Source: Heteronotia binoei (lineage: Eukaryota). Taken from it: a stretch of 64,000 nt of DNA. This document shows positions 24,811-37,384 of the stretch, piece by piece; the first letter of the stretch is position 1; each line of letters starts with the position of its first letter. The translations under genes were made by a program, and so were the position numbers. Location: NCBI RefSeq assembly GCF_032191835.1, contig NC_083227.1, forward strand, positions 167,090,001-167,154,000, read 5' to 3'. Below the pieces are notes generated by a model. It was not told the origin of the DNA, made no database searches, and saw nothing but the letters and a program-made list of their open reading frames with translations.

Positions 24811-25668
24811 TAAGAAGGTAAGAGAAGCCATATTGGATCAGGCCAATGGCCCATCCAGTCCAACACTCTGCGTCACACAGTGGCCAAAAACCCCCCAGGT
24901 GCCATCAGGAAGTCCATCCGTGGGGCCAGGACACTAGAAGCCCTCCCACTGTCACCCCGCCCCCAGCACCAAGAATATAGAGCTTCATTGTCCCAGACAG
25001 AGAATTCCAACAATACCCTGTAGGTAACAGCCACTGATGAACCTCTGCTCCATATGTTTATCCAATCCCCTCTTGAAGCTGTCTATGCTTGTAGCTGCCG
25101 CCACCACCTGTGGCAATGAATTCCATTTGTTAATCACTCCTTGGGTGAAGAAATACTTTCTTTTATCCGTTCTAACCCAACTGCTCAGCAATTTCATTGA
25201 GAGTCCACGAGTTCTTGTACTGTGAGAAAGGGAGAAAAGTACTTCTTTCTCTACCTTCTCTATCCCATGCATAATCTTGTAAACCTCTATCATGTCACCC
25301 CTCAGTCAACATTTCTCCAAGCTAAAGAAACCCAAATGTTTTAGCTTTTCTTCATGGGGAAAGTGTTCCAACCCTTAATCATTCTAGTTGCCCTTTTCTT
25401 CACTTTTTCCAATGCTATAATATCTTTTTGAGATGTGGTGACCAGAGCCTATGCTGAGTCTTCCTCAATAGCTTTTGTTCATCGATGTGCATGCTAATTC
25501 TCTTTTTAATAATGGTTTCCACCAGCTTTCCCAATATTGAAGTCAAACTGACCGGCCTGTAATTTCACGGATCTCCTCTGGAATCCTTTTTAAAGATGGG
25601 GTGACATTTGCTACCTTCCAGTCCTCAAGAATGGAGGCAGATTTTAATGAAAGATTACGTATTTTTGT
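24811..25668 (-). mobile_element. CR1 LINE 3' fragment with internal deletion
   Basis: MIEVYKIMHGIEKVEKEVLFSLSH; 3' hairpin. Possible 12 bp TSD CAGTTATTAAAG (24789-24800, 25669-25680). Confidence 0.9.
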
Positions 25669-26502
25669 CAGTTATTAAAGTTCTGTCAAGAAAATAGCTT
25701 AAGGTGTCCAGTGGCCACAGTGGTCTGTCCGCTCTAAAGTTTATGAAACCAAGGCTACTGACATGGTTTGTGTCCAAAAACCATCAAAGAGGAAAAAAAC
25801 AGATACATTAGAGGATTCAGCCATCTCAATTTCCGTTTTTAAGTAAGTTCACAAAAGTTACCAAGCCACAAATGTTTCCATAGTTCGCCTACTCCTTCAC
25901 ACCAGTGGCAAAACAAATCAACCCACCAGCTGTTTTCTAATTTACAAATACTTCCCTACTTGGTCACCTGAAAGTGATTCTTCACAACGAATTAGAAGCT
26001 ACTCACAAGCGTGCTGTAGTTACATTCATATGTACTATGAACCCATGCATATTTACTCAGAAGTAAGTTCCATAAAATTCAGTTAGACTTAACACTTTAG
26101 CCTCCAGTCCTGCCCCATCCCTTATGTCCTAAACAGCATGAAATCTTCAATACAAAAGACACCATAATAAAAAGCTCATGTTATCATTACATGCCATAAT
26201 AAATCAGGTTAAAACATACTAAGAGCCCTGGCCTTCAAAAGCACAGTCGCCAAAAGGAAGCTTAATAACGACAAAGTCTACTATTTCTACATGAACGTTC
26301 AGGCTCATGATCTTACAAGCCAACAAGAACCCTATTCCTTACAATCAAGAAGGCAATATCTACAGGGATAGAAGGCTGTGATGAGGGTACAAGAGAGAAG
26401 GCTGACTTTAAGGCCCGCTGATCCAACTCATTTGGGGTGTGTATCAAACAAAACTAGCCCTTTAAGGAATATCTAGAAGACAATCTGCTAGTGGAGCACC
26501 TA

Positions 26503-27100
26503 TGCCAGTTTGGTGTAGTGGTTAAGTGTGCGGACTCTTATCTGGGAGAACCGGGTTTGATTCCCCACTCCTCCACTTGCACCTGCTGGCATGGCCTTGG
26601 GTCAGCCATAGCTCTGGCAGAGGTTGTCCTTGAAAGGGCAGCTGCTGTGAGAGCCCTCTCAGCCTCACCCACCTCACAGGGTGTCTGTTGTGGGGGAGGA
26701 AGGGAAAGGAGATTGTGAGCCCCTCTGAGACTCTTCGGAGTGGAGGGCGGGATATAAATCCAATATCTTCATCTACCTCACAGGGTGTCTGTTGTGGGGG
26801 AGGAAGGTAAAGGAGATTGTGAGCCGCTCTGAGACTCTTCAGAGTGGAGGGCGGGATATAAATCCAATATCTTCATCTACCTCACAGGGTGTCTGTTGTG
26901 GGGAGGAAGGTAAAGGAGATTGTGAGCCGCTCTGAGACTCTTTCGGAGTGGAGGGTGGGATATAAATCCAATATCTTCATCTCCCTCACAGGGTGTCTGT
27001 TGTGGGGGAGGAAGGGAAAGGAGATTGTGAGCCGCTCTGAGACTCTTCGGAGTGGAGGGCGGGATATAAATCCAATATCATCATCATCATCTTCTTCTAT
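26503..27100 (+). mobile_element. tRNA-headed SINE with 3' segment tandemly repeated four times (104 bp)
   Basis: Head GCCAGTTTGGTGTAGTGGTTAAG...GGTTTGATTCCCC; CTCACAGGGTGTCTG units at 26673, 26777, 26881, 26985; (TCA/TCT)n tail. Confidence 0.88.
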
Positions 27101-27451
27101 GCAAACCAGCAGACTCCGCTGAATTTCACCTTCGACTCACAAAGTCATGAATAACCAGCATTAAAAACACAAGTTAGAACTAAGTGGGAAGCAAGTTTCT
27201 AGCTCTTTCAGTAGGCTTCCTTCCTTGAAACGAAAAGGACTCCCTCTCATCGCATGAGACAGCTACACTCTAGTCTAGAGCACGTGTGTAGCGGCCCTAC
27301 TCGGCCAACAGATCCCACTGGACGGATCCAGCGACGCCTTCCTAGCCTGCCTCTGCCAGTGCAGAAGTTCCACAGGTGGAGGAGCTCCCGCCCGAGCATC
27401 CTTGCCCGCCCCGCAGCGGGAGGAAGACACCCTCCTCCTCCTCCAGCTGAC

Positions 27452-27612
27452 CTGCAGGTGGTCTTGCCGACGCCTCCCTTCCCTCCGACGAAGATCCACT
27501 TCAGGCTTCGCTGCTCGATGATGTTGCTCAGCGTCGGCTCCAGCGGCTCCACGTCAGGCGCGTCCTCGAACTCGTCCGCCTCCGCGAGCAGCGCAGACCC
27601 CGACGCCGCCAT
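27452..27612 (-). CDS. GET3: GET3/ASNA1 (TRC40 ATPase) coding exon 1 of 7
   Basis: [53 protein letters not shown](S), with the ArsA-family deviant P-loop. 161 nt, donor AG|GTCAG, phase 2. Confidence 0.97.
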
Positions 27613-28127
27613 CTTAGAACGAAGTCACGTGACGCGACTCCCGGCTACACCATCGCGAGGGGCGAGCGGAGAGAAGCGCTTACCGGCGGCGGCAAACGCG
27701 AGCAGGAGCTCCGGCCTTCCCTCCCGCGGGCCCTTTTCTCAGCTGCTTGGAAAACGACGGATGTAGCCGGTGAGTCTCAAAAAGGGGGGGAAGCTCAGCC
27801 ATAAAGGACACCCCTAACTGACCGGCTGCTATGGTACCGCCTAAACCCCACAGCTTCCCGCCTTGATTGGTTGGGAGCGCTTCAGAACCCCGCCTCTCGG
27901 ATTTCTAAGGAACGTTTTCCACACGGTCTTCTCTGGTTGGTGCAGGGGACCTGTCAATCATCTCGGACGAAGCGTGACGTCCGTGACGCAGCGACGTCTC
28001 CCCTCCTGACGTCTGCGGCGGCTCCTCCGAACCCCGTGGGCATCCCGGCGTGCCCCGCGGCGTCGCCCTATTCCCCCATCGTGCTCTGCGGCGCGCCGCC
28101 TCAAGTAGGAGGGGGGGACGGCGCAAG
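27613..28127. promoter_or_regulatory. CpG-rich bidirectional promoter/5'UTRs shared by GET3 and TRIR
   Basis: The divergent ATGs are ~515 bp apart. Motifs: GTCACGTGAC (E-box/CLEAR-like) 27624-27633, ATTGG (reverse CCAAT) 27866-27870, TGACGTC (CRE-like) 27975-27981 and 28007-28013. Dense CpG. Confidence 0.85.
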
Positions 28128-28364
28128 ATGGCGGCGCGAGGCGGTGGGCCAGGCGCTGAGGCGGCCGCGGGCGGGGTGAACGTCTTCGCCAACGACGGCT
28201 CCTTCCTGGAGCTCTTCAAGCGGCACATGGAAGAGGCCGCAGCGGCCGGCGGGAGGAGTGGTGCGGGAGCGCAGGGGACCGAGAAAGAGGCCGAGCCGCG
28301 GACGGAGCCGCCTGGGGAGCAGGAGCCTGCGGGGAAGAAGCGGAGCGGGAGCGCCCTTAGCTTC
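28128..28364 (+). CDS. TRIR: TRIR (C19orf43, telomerase RNA component interacting RNase) exon 1
   Basis: MAARGGGPGAEAAAGGVNVFANDGSFLELFKRHMEE...KKRSGSALSF carries the conserved NVFANDGSFLELFKR motif. 237 nt, donor TTC|GTAAG. Confidence 0.93.
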
Positions 28365-30107
28365 GTAAGGGACCCGGGCACTGACCTTCCTTCCTTTCCC
28401 TTGTAGCCTCTAGCTGCTTTCTTTGGGGAGCCGCCGCTTTCTAATAAATGACCCGGTGGCTTCTCTCAGGTTGCTCTCTTTAGCAAATAGTCGCTTTGCT
28501 CTGTGTAGGTAGAAGAAGAAGAAGGTAGGAATCCAGCACATGAGTCGGCTTCGGTTATCCTCCCGTCCGGTTGGCACCCTGCCTGCCCTTAAGCACATGC
28601 GGACTCTTCCGCTTCCTCCATCTCTCGCTCTCCTCTGCTGAGGGGTTCTTTGTTTTGAAGGGCCCAGTTGTTCACAGCAGGATTCTAGCAAGGGAGAGAG
28701 GGCATTCAATGCCTCTCTTCTGGTTTTCTTTAAAGCATAGATGCTTTTGAGTGTTTGTTTTGTTTTTAAACCCACCGACGTGCTTATAATGCTGTTGTGT
28801 TCAGTAAGAGTAACTGCTGTGCAAGTTAATACCTTGCCTGGGTTTCTTACTATTGGCTTTGAAGTGAGTGCAAAGTTTGGAATCGGTAACTGGGGGGGGG
28901 GGGGGGTGCTGCTGTCACAGTTGCTGAGGTTTAGGGAAGTTACTGTATATAAGGAGAAAATGTAATGTGCTCGGATACCACATTTGTTTAGTTAGCTCTA
29001 CTATCAAGTCTAAATGTGCAATTCATTTACAGGTTTTAATTATATCGTGCCTACTTATTCCGTTGCAACTTGTTTCCAATTTGATTGTAATTTTAGTCAG
29101 TTCTCTCTGGGTCCAGGTAATTCTGCCCCGGCCTCTACTACTTGATTGAGGCAAAATTTTTCAGTATTCGGGGCTGTAACTTAATACATTTTTTTTTAAA
29201 AAAAAGAAAGCCCAAATAACAAAACAAACCACCGGTGTCAAATGCTTTTCTTCTGTGGATCAAAGAAAGTTAGTTATAATGACATGTATAGAAGATTGCT
29301 TTAAAACAAAAGCAGTAGATGTGCAAGGATTTTTTGCTGTTTACATGCAGATGCCACAGCCTAATGCGTTATTTTACCTGGCTTCTGGAGAAATGTCTTT
29401 TGGATGGATACAGGCTTTGAAAAGCGGTTAGAGGAAGACAATAATAACTTGCTTGTAGTTATGTGAAAGCAGACATATTTTTCCTTTCTCAACTGCTGTT
29501 GCTGGAGAATATGACACACTGTTCCTGCCTATCCCAGGTAGAAGAGCTATTGTAGAAAGTTTTATTCCAGTATAGTTTCTGGAATGGAAATTAACCCCTT
29601 TCATTGTACTAACTGGGGTACTGTTTCTAGATTCTGCTGGTAAGCTACCAGTCTTCATGGTAGCCAATGCAGACGTGATTGCACAGTCTCTGGTGAGATT
29701 TTAATAACTCAGGGAGGGCATCCTGTTCTAATGGAATAGCCAGAAAATAAGCTACCTTTCCTGACATGATTTGATTGCCATTCTAACAGAATGTGTGTGT
29801 ATTTTATTTATTTGTGATATGGAGGTGGAAACATCATTGAAGTGACATTAGCAGGGAATAGATAGGCAGAGTATGGGACGTAAAACAACAGTTCACGGGT
29901 TTAAGAGGCAAGCGGGATGCTGTGGCACCTGTTTGTGATCACTGAATTCTACTCTTAATTTCTTATGTTTCTTATTTTGGATCGTGTATTTTTCCCCCCT
30001 TTGGAATAGAAATTATCTTTTTAAAAATGAAATATGAAACTTTGAATTTTAAGTTTTCAAATGCTGTTGGGAATCCAGGTTGCTTGATGCATGGAGATCA
30101 TGTGGAG

Positions 30108-30348
30108 CAGGGGTGGCCAAACTCGCTTGATGTAAGAGCTACATAGAATAAACATCAGATGTTTGAGAGCTGGAAGGAAAGAAGGTAAATAGATGGAGGC
30201 AAGGCAGGAGGGAGGGAGAAAAGTGGAAAGAAAGCAACTTTAAATGTGTTCTCCAAGCCACCCAGAAGAGCAGTTGGGGCTTTGAGAGCCACACAATACG
30301 TGTGAAAGAGCCACATGTGGCTCCCAAGCCGCAGTTTGGCCACTCCTG
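30108..30348. mobile_element. hAT-type MITE in TRIR intron 1
   Basis: TIRs CAGGGTGGCCAAAC / GTTTGGCCACTCCTG; 8 bp TSD ATGTGGAG / ATGTAGAG. Confidence 0.82.
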
Positions 30349-30858
30349 ATGTAGAGTGACATTAGCATGCACAGCACTGGGTATATAAATGAACAGCTCA
30401 TTCTTTAGCAGTCTGCATTTGGCTCGCGCGAATTTTATTAGTCTATGGGGCACAGTTCCATTGACTTAATTATCAGATAATCAAACCATTTCATATATAT
30501 GCCACAGTAAGACAGTGATGTTGAAAGGGAGTCAGTGAAAGTTCAGTGATATTATTTCATAAGTAGAAGCAAGTGTGGAAACAGTTTGGATACTTCCCTT
30601 TTCTTGCTATTTGTCATGTGTTTTTATGTTTGGGCTTAACTGTACAGATGTATTGCTGAACACTGCTAAGGTGCCATTTTACCCTCCTAGCGCAACGGTG
30701 TAAATAACGCTCGGCAGCTCTGTACAGACTGACAGGTGTGATGGCGAGTTAAGATGATCTAATTGAAGGACTCCCTATACCGTTATATAGTGGGCAACAT
30801 TCCCCTTGCAGCTTCCAGGGCTCCTATAACGGTTGCAGTCTTCTATCCCTTCACCCAG

Positions 30859-30936
30859 GTGGGCAAGCGGAGAGGGGGCAGCAAGCTAGCCCTGAAGACA
30901 GGAGTGGTAGCCAAGAAACAAAAGACAGAGGATGAG
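30859..30936 (+). CDS. TRIR: TRIR exon 2
   Basis: CAG|VGKRRGGSKLALKTGVVAKKQKTEDE|GTAAGT, 78 nt. Confidence 0.95.
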
Positions 30937-31603
30937 GTAAGTTGGGAGAAGGCTTGTGGTAAGTTTTAAAGACAGCCGACTGACAGGCCATAGCGCAGCA
31001 TCAGCCTCATAAAAGTGTGACTGAGAACCTCCTGTTTTTTCCAGCCAGCTTTAATGAGGGTGGAAGGTTAAGCTATGGCATTTCTGCCCTCATGCCATCC
31101 AAGATTGGTGGTTGTGTTGCACCTGTTCATGAAGAAAGCCGTATTTTTTCTGTTTGAATAGCTGCTGAGTAGTTGAATTTTGAGGACCAATCAGTTCAAA
31201 AAGACTGTCTGCAAAGATTGTCTTGTGAAAGAGAATAGTTGAACAACCGTGTTGCATGAAAGCCTGTTTTCTGTGGGTTAGCAAATGACAGTGTACTGAA
31301 GTTCCCACTCCTGCTCTGGTCAGCAGCAGACTTTGTTGTCAGAGGATCGTAAGACAAACCCTTCCTTCATGCTTTACCAATGGAGAAAGCATTTAATCTT
31401 CACGGCAGTCTTGTGTGGCCTGTTATGCTAAGAGTCTAGCCAGTTGCTGAGCAAGGGGCTTCTCCAGTTGAAGTCCCAACAAGGAGTATACTGTAACTTG
31501 CTTTCCTAGGCAGAGGCCCTAGGCTATGTATGGGCTCTTAACTATGAAAATGCAAGTATTCTGTATAATTTCTGTTTTTCCTTCCCATTCTTGTCTCTTG
31601 TAG

Positions 31604-31711
31604 GTTTTGACAAGTAAAGGAGATGCATGGGCCAAATATATGGCTGAAGTGAAAAAGTACAAAGCCCACCAGTGCAGTGACGATGATAAAACCCGCCCCT
31701 TGGTGAAATAA
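31604..31711 (+). CDS. TRIR: TRIR exon 3 (stop)
   Basis: TAG|VLTSKGDAWAKYMAEVKKYKAHQCSDDDKTRPLVK*, the highly conserved C-terminus. Total 140 aa. Confidence 0.96.
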   Translation, partial: VLTSKGDAWAKYMAEVKKYKAHQCSDDDKTRPLVK

Positions 31712-34125
31712 CCTTCGGCTGGACTGTCTCTGATGTACATAATTATTTAAAACAGAGAAGGAAAATAGCTCTGCCCACAGACTGAGTGCTGCCATGGCAG
31801 CAGGTGACTTGCCATACTTTTATACCTGGGAGAGCTTCCTTCATTGGTTCATTTATTGTTTTCTTCCCCCCATCCTGAGAACTAAGAACTTTGACTTAGT
31901 TGCTGATTTTTTTTAAACCTGTAATCCCCAAATAGTGGAAGTGGTCTGTCATGTTTTTCCTTGAATCACCCAGCAATATACCTCTCCTATTGCACCACAA
32001 GGCACACAGCCTTTGCTTAACATTACTCCTGAAGTTTCCGCCATGGGGTCATCCAACTGACTTCATCTCTGCCAAATGATATCTTCCTATTGAAGGTGAA
32101 CTTAGATGCAGTCACAGCTAGCTGATCTGTGCTGCTGGCTGTAGTAACCCACTTTCAGCTTTCCTTATCTGTAGCTGATGAAAAATGACTGCTGTGGAGT
32201 TTCTTGGTATGCAGCAAGTTTGTGACTGCATTTCTGCCTTTTTTTTTACCCATTTCTCTTTAATATTGCAGTGGGTTGTGGGGGTTTCATTTTGAATTCC
32301 AGTTGCTGTTGCTTAAACCTGTTCTAGTTTTCTGCTGTGCATGCTCCAATCCAGCACCAGGGATTATTCTGTGCCTCTTTCCTAGCTAAGGAGGTAGAAA
32401 CTTATTCTGCACTTAATTCTGTACCATCAGCATATTAGAGAAAAACTGGTTAAAATTACCAAAGGCTTGCCTAGGACAAATGGAACTCCAAGTATCATGA
32501 TTTTAGCCTTTGACCAGCCCTTATGTCCTTGTTTTGAATTGTGTGCCTAGAGTTCTTGGACTGCAACCACAGGTCTGTGGCTGTTGGCTTGGTAATAGCC
32601 TGCTGTGGACATGACCTGCTTTTTTATCTATCCTTAGTGCTGCCAATTGGATTCTGTATGCTATTCTTGTTAAGTGTTCTGAGTGCTGAGATGTAATCCC
32701 TGGCACAGACAGCCATGAATTGTATTGTTGCTGTGAGTGGCTGGACTCGACAGCTTTGTAGAAAAGCCTCTGGTATATTCCTTGCAATTGTAATGAAACT
32801 GAAAAATGAGAATATTAATTAGATCTTCCAGAGATCTAATTATATCACTTCCAGTTTTATTCTGGGGTGCAACGGGAACAACTTCTGAATTGCTCCTTTG
32901 TTTTAGGGCTTTTTAATGGAACAGGCACCTTTGTTGAGGACAGAAAAATACCTGTAAGTGTTAAATGTGCAACTCATATACTACAGGAGCACCATTTGAG
33001 CTAATCTACCATCTGCTGTGATAAGGCTATCTGGATGGTTAATAAATCAAAGTGTTTATAAAAGAGCATACATCCCAGATATTCTATATACACTCTTTTA
33101 CAAAATGTCACTGGTTTCTGGCTCTTAGAACATCTTTGGAACCTATGTAGGATACTTAAAGATCCTTGAAGTGGCGAGAACAATGTTCTTTTTTAAAAAG
33201 AAAACATTAAGAACACTTGATGGGATTTCAGCCAGTTGGAGGCACTATCTGCTGTTGAATGTCTGAAGCAGCAGTAGAGGCTTGAATATTTCACTAGTGT
33301 TTGGTTATAAGCAGTGGCAGTTTGCTTCCCTGTTATATGGTTAGGCTCACGTTATTGCTTTTGACCTACACAGGTCAGCATTCAATGCCGAAAATCACTC
33401 AGAATACTGACTTTTAAAAATAAAAACGTATTGTGGATATTTGTCAGTTTTAACTGCAGTCTTTTTACCCCACAGTTGGAAGCACAGCATGGGGCATCTC
33501 CTATTAGGGGACTAATTATCTCCCTTACAATAATTGGTAGTAGTTACTTCTCAAAGTCCCACAATTGGGTAAGCCGTAATATTTTTGGATGGAAATAGCC
33601 AGTGTAGGATAACTGTTGGTCCAGGATCATTACTGAATAACAAACATGCACTAGAAGGGTAGGAAAAGGAGCAGTCTGACTGTCCTACATGTGTAGTTTA
33701 TCATAAATTATGCAATTACGTAGGCTAAACTCCTCTTATAGTTCAAGCAAAAAGAAACAGCTGTTAACCTACCTGTAACTCACTGAGATTAGTCCCAGTA
33801 CAACTGTCTTTGAGATGTATTTTTAACATAATCACCAGATAGTGTCAGAGACGGTATCAGTTGCCTGCAGTGCAGGGGCAGTTCAGCTTATTGATGAAAA
33901 GAATGGCTATCAGCCATGCAGCTATTCATTTACCTATTTGTTCTAGGTGATCCAAATTGATACAGTTGTTTCACACAAGCAACTAGCACTTATTTTATCT
34001 GTTCTGGGTACATTACCGTATGGAGAAACTTTTACATAAACTTACTGTTTATAGGGTTATCATTTGTATGACAAGTAGCTAAGAAAAAACTGACATATAA
34101 ATAGGTACAGTTAAAAAAAAAAAAG

Positions 34126-34412
34126 GGTAAAGGTAGTCCCCTGTGCAAGCACCAGTCATTTTTGACTCTGGGGTGATGTTGCTTTCACGGCAGACTTTTT
34201 ACGGGGTGGTTTGCCATTGCCTTCCCCAGTCATCTACACTTTCCCCGCAGCAAGCTGGGGACTCATTTTACCGACCTCAGAAGGATGGAAGGCTGAGTCG
34301 ACCTCGAGCCGGCTACATGAAGACCCAGCTTCCCCCAGGGATCAAACTCAGGTCGTGAGCAGAGGGCTCTGACTGTAGTACTGCAGTTTTACCACTTTGC
34401 GCTACGGGGCTC
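34126..34412 (-). mobile_element. Sauria-type SINE
   Basis: GGTAAAGGTAGTCCCCTG on plus = (ACCTTT)n tail; co-linear with the 19850 copy. Confidence 0.82.
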
Positions 34413-36964
34413 TTAACAGGTCCACTGAGTCCACTGTAAGCAGCCAGTTCATACTAATATTAATGTATGTTGTAGAGCGGGAAAAAGTAAATGCTGCTTG
34501 TGTGAACAAACTAGATTTCTTTAATGACGGGTAGAAATGTTTAAAGAAGCAATTGTATTTTGCATTGAAACACTAACAGAATATTTTAGATATATCTGCT
34601 TTATAATGAATCAGAGCATTAGTCCATCAAGGTCAGTACTGTCTACTCAAACTGGCATTCGCTTTCCAGGGTCTCAGGCAAAGGTCTTTCACATCACCTA
34701 CTATCTGATCCTTTCACCTGGAGATGCTGAGGATTGGAACTTTTACAAGCCAAGCTGATTCTCTACCACTGAGCTGTTGCCCTTCCCTTAAAATGATTTC
34801 TTTCCAAGTGTATTTGCATGTGAGCATTAAACATTTGATTGATACTTTACCCACTAACTCCTTTAATCCTGCTAATTTGTAATTTAGGGCTTCCTCCTGA
34901 ATGGACTTAGTCCATGGAGTCTCAGAAGTTCTGTGATTCTATAGGAGTCAAACTTCCCTCGAAAATCTGAGAAATAGCTTTTTTTAAGTATAGTCTCTTC
35001 TGTTTACTCTTTTGCTGTATTCAGCTTCTCATGTATTTCTTGTACTTCATCCCTTCCTTTACCCTGTTTGATGCTTTTTATTGTCTAGCATTTCTTCCCC
35101 ATCATAGTAAAGGAGAATGGCTAGAAATGCTCTGGAATTTTTTGGTACCACAGCAGACAAAGCCTTGCCTGAATGGTAGTAATCACTTACATTTGGATGT
35201 CTGAATTGCCTAAGAACTGAAATGTATTAGGTGTGGGGGAGGGAGGAGCTGCAGGAGGATTAGTAGTTCAGGGGCCAACGTCAGACTTTATCCTCTCATT
35301 ATCCCTGATGGCAACACACTGTATTCAGGACTACAACTGATTCTTATCACTCCCGAGAAACAGAAAAGCAGAGCAGAACGGAGTCCCTAAGGATTCACCA
35401 TTAGAAAAACTGGTTCACTGTAATAAAAAAAAAATGATGGAAGGGATGGGAATGGTCATTTTAATAAGAAAAGCGGAGGGGGGGGGGGGAGAATCCAAGA
35501 GGTTATAGGCAATCTGTTTTATTTAATTGAATGCAATATACATTGGTTTTACTTTCAAGTGCTAAATCCTTGTTAAGGATAATACATAATAAGAAAAGCA
35601 CTTTCACGCCTCTCCACTTGCAAGGCAATAAACAACAAAGTATAACTAAGGACAGCCTTTCCAAATGGGGTGGATTGCTGCTTGGCACTAAACAATGGGC
35701 TGCGCTGGCAGTTTCCTATGAGACAAGAGCTTTTTACTTGAGCTTGTGTAAGGCAAACACTGGGAAAACAGCCAAGCAAGAATGCCGTCACTCTTTATAG
35801 TAGTGCACTTAAACGCCTTAACCCACAGGCAGGTCTCTTGAAAGGACTTCACTGCACTGAAGCACCAACCTTCTATAAAAATTCTTATTTACAAATAACT
35901 TTGCAAACTCTCACTGTACACGCTCAAATGGTCTAAAAAGTGTCAATGCTGCTTTTAATAATTTCATGGAGAAATTCTGAACTTCGAGCCATCTTCACTT
36001 GTCAAGCAAAACCCTGTTAGCTACACCTGAATGAGTACTTGAGTGTGGGTGAGAAAATACCCTTTGCTTCACTAAATCCGTTCTAGTCATGTGACGAGAT
36101 GAAATCATTCTCTATTGACCCTGTGCACTTTTTATTCCTATGAACTTTAGAATATTAGTACTGGAGCCTAACCTGCAAATACGGTACTTCAGAAAATATT
36201 AAAATAACCCATCCTGATTGAGAAAAACACTTTAAAAGCAGGAAAGAGAAGGAAGTGTTCCTCTAGGCAGTCTCCTTAGCTGAAACATCAGCTTTCAAAG
36301 AGAACCACTCTTCCTCCAGCTGACCCCGGATCAAGCTATAGCCCCACCCCAATGTTTCTGCTCCACAAAGTGTCTCACAAAGAACTGTTCTGTAGGTTTT
36401 CTGCAGTGCAGCACATATACTTCAATAGTGGTCAACATAAACACTGCTGCCGTTGCCACCCAGTTATTCTAAGCACCATCCCTTTCAATCAATGAGAGTG
36501 CTCAGAATGCTTTGAGAAAGCCCCAGTTTCCACCACAAACCAACCAAAACCCTAGAGTTCCTCTAACTAATTTGAAATCCCAAGGTTTCTGCCTCTGAGA
36601 TCAGTGAATAAAACCCTACTCGCAAACTCAGCGAGGAATTAGGACATGAGAGCTAAGAATTATTTCAGAGAATCTTAACCTAAAAAAAATAGTTGGGGAA
36701 GGAGTGAATGGACAGCTCCAGCATTGCCTTTTTTCCTTAATTGTCATTGGGTACAAATGCTCAGTTATGGCACAAGTCAACCTTTAGCACAGCCAGTCAA
36801 GCCGAAATGGCTCTGTGTTGTCTTTGAGATCTGGGATCAGGGTTCTTCAACACAGAATTCTTTGGTGTATCCCGGAAGTGTGCAAATAAAAGTGTGTGCC
36901 ACCTCCCAGCCTCCCACATAACCCTAGCCTGGAAGCATAAACATGAGTAGGGCATGGATCCACC

Positions 36965-37136
36965 TCAGTTAGTCTCATAGGAGGACAGCAGAGCAGCATC
37001 AACTGGCTCCATGCACGAAGGACATGTGAATGATCGCATCAGCCAGTCATCAATGCAGTGTACATGGTAGATGTGCAAGCATGGCAGGAACCGAATGGGG
37101 TCTCCATATACAAAATCCAGCATGCAGATCACACAC
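36965..37136 (-). CDS. RNF11-like exon 3 (RING-H2, stop)
   Basis: (E)CVICMLDFVYGDPIRFLPCLHIYHVHCIDDWLMRSFTCPSCMEPVDAALLSSYETN*, a C3H2C3 RING. Total 456 nt = 151 aa + stop. Confidence 0.96.
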
Positions 37137-37384
37137 CTGGAGCCAGGCAGAGAAAAAAAGTGGGGGAAAGATGGCATTAGCAGATGAAAGCCACAAATAG
37201 GTTTCTAGTCTTCTACATCCCCTGCCCAAATTACATCGTAACAATTCAGAGCCACTAGAAAGCAGCACTAGTTACTTGCTATCTTGCCCGATGCTTATAA
37301 AACTTTAAAAACTAGTCCCCAAAGCCATTAACATTAAACTCCATTTGTAACAAGTAATATTGCAAAGTTCTCAAAGAGAAAGGA

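Noticed and set aside
26503-27100. CRISPR-like regularly spaced repeats (also the 58 kb array)
   Set aside because: The units are contiguous near-identical repeats without unique spacers, in a vertebrate genome with no cas genes.
27254-28406. Long overlapping ORFs (170 aa +, 158 aa -, 102 aa +) around the GET3/TRIR promoter
   Set aside because: GC-rich shadow frames of real exons and the CpG island; low-complexity Ala/Pro/Arg/Ser translation with no domain.
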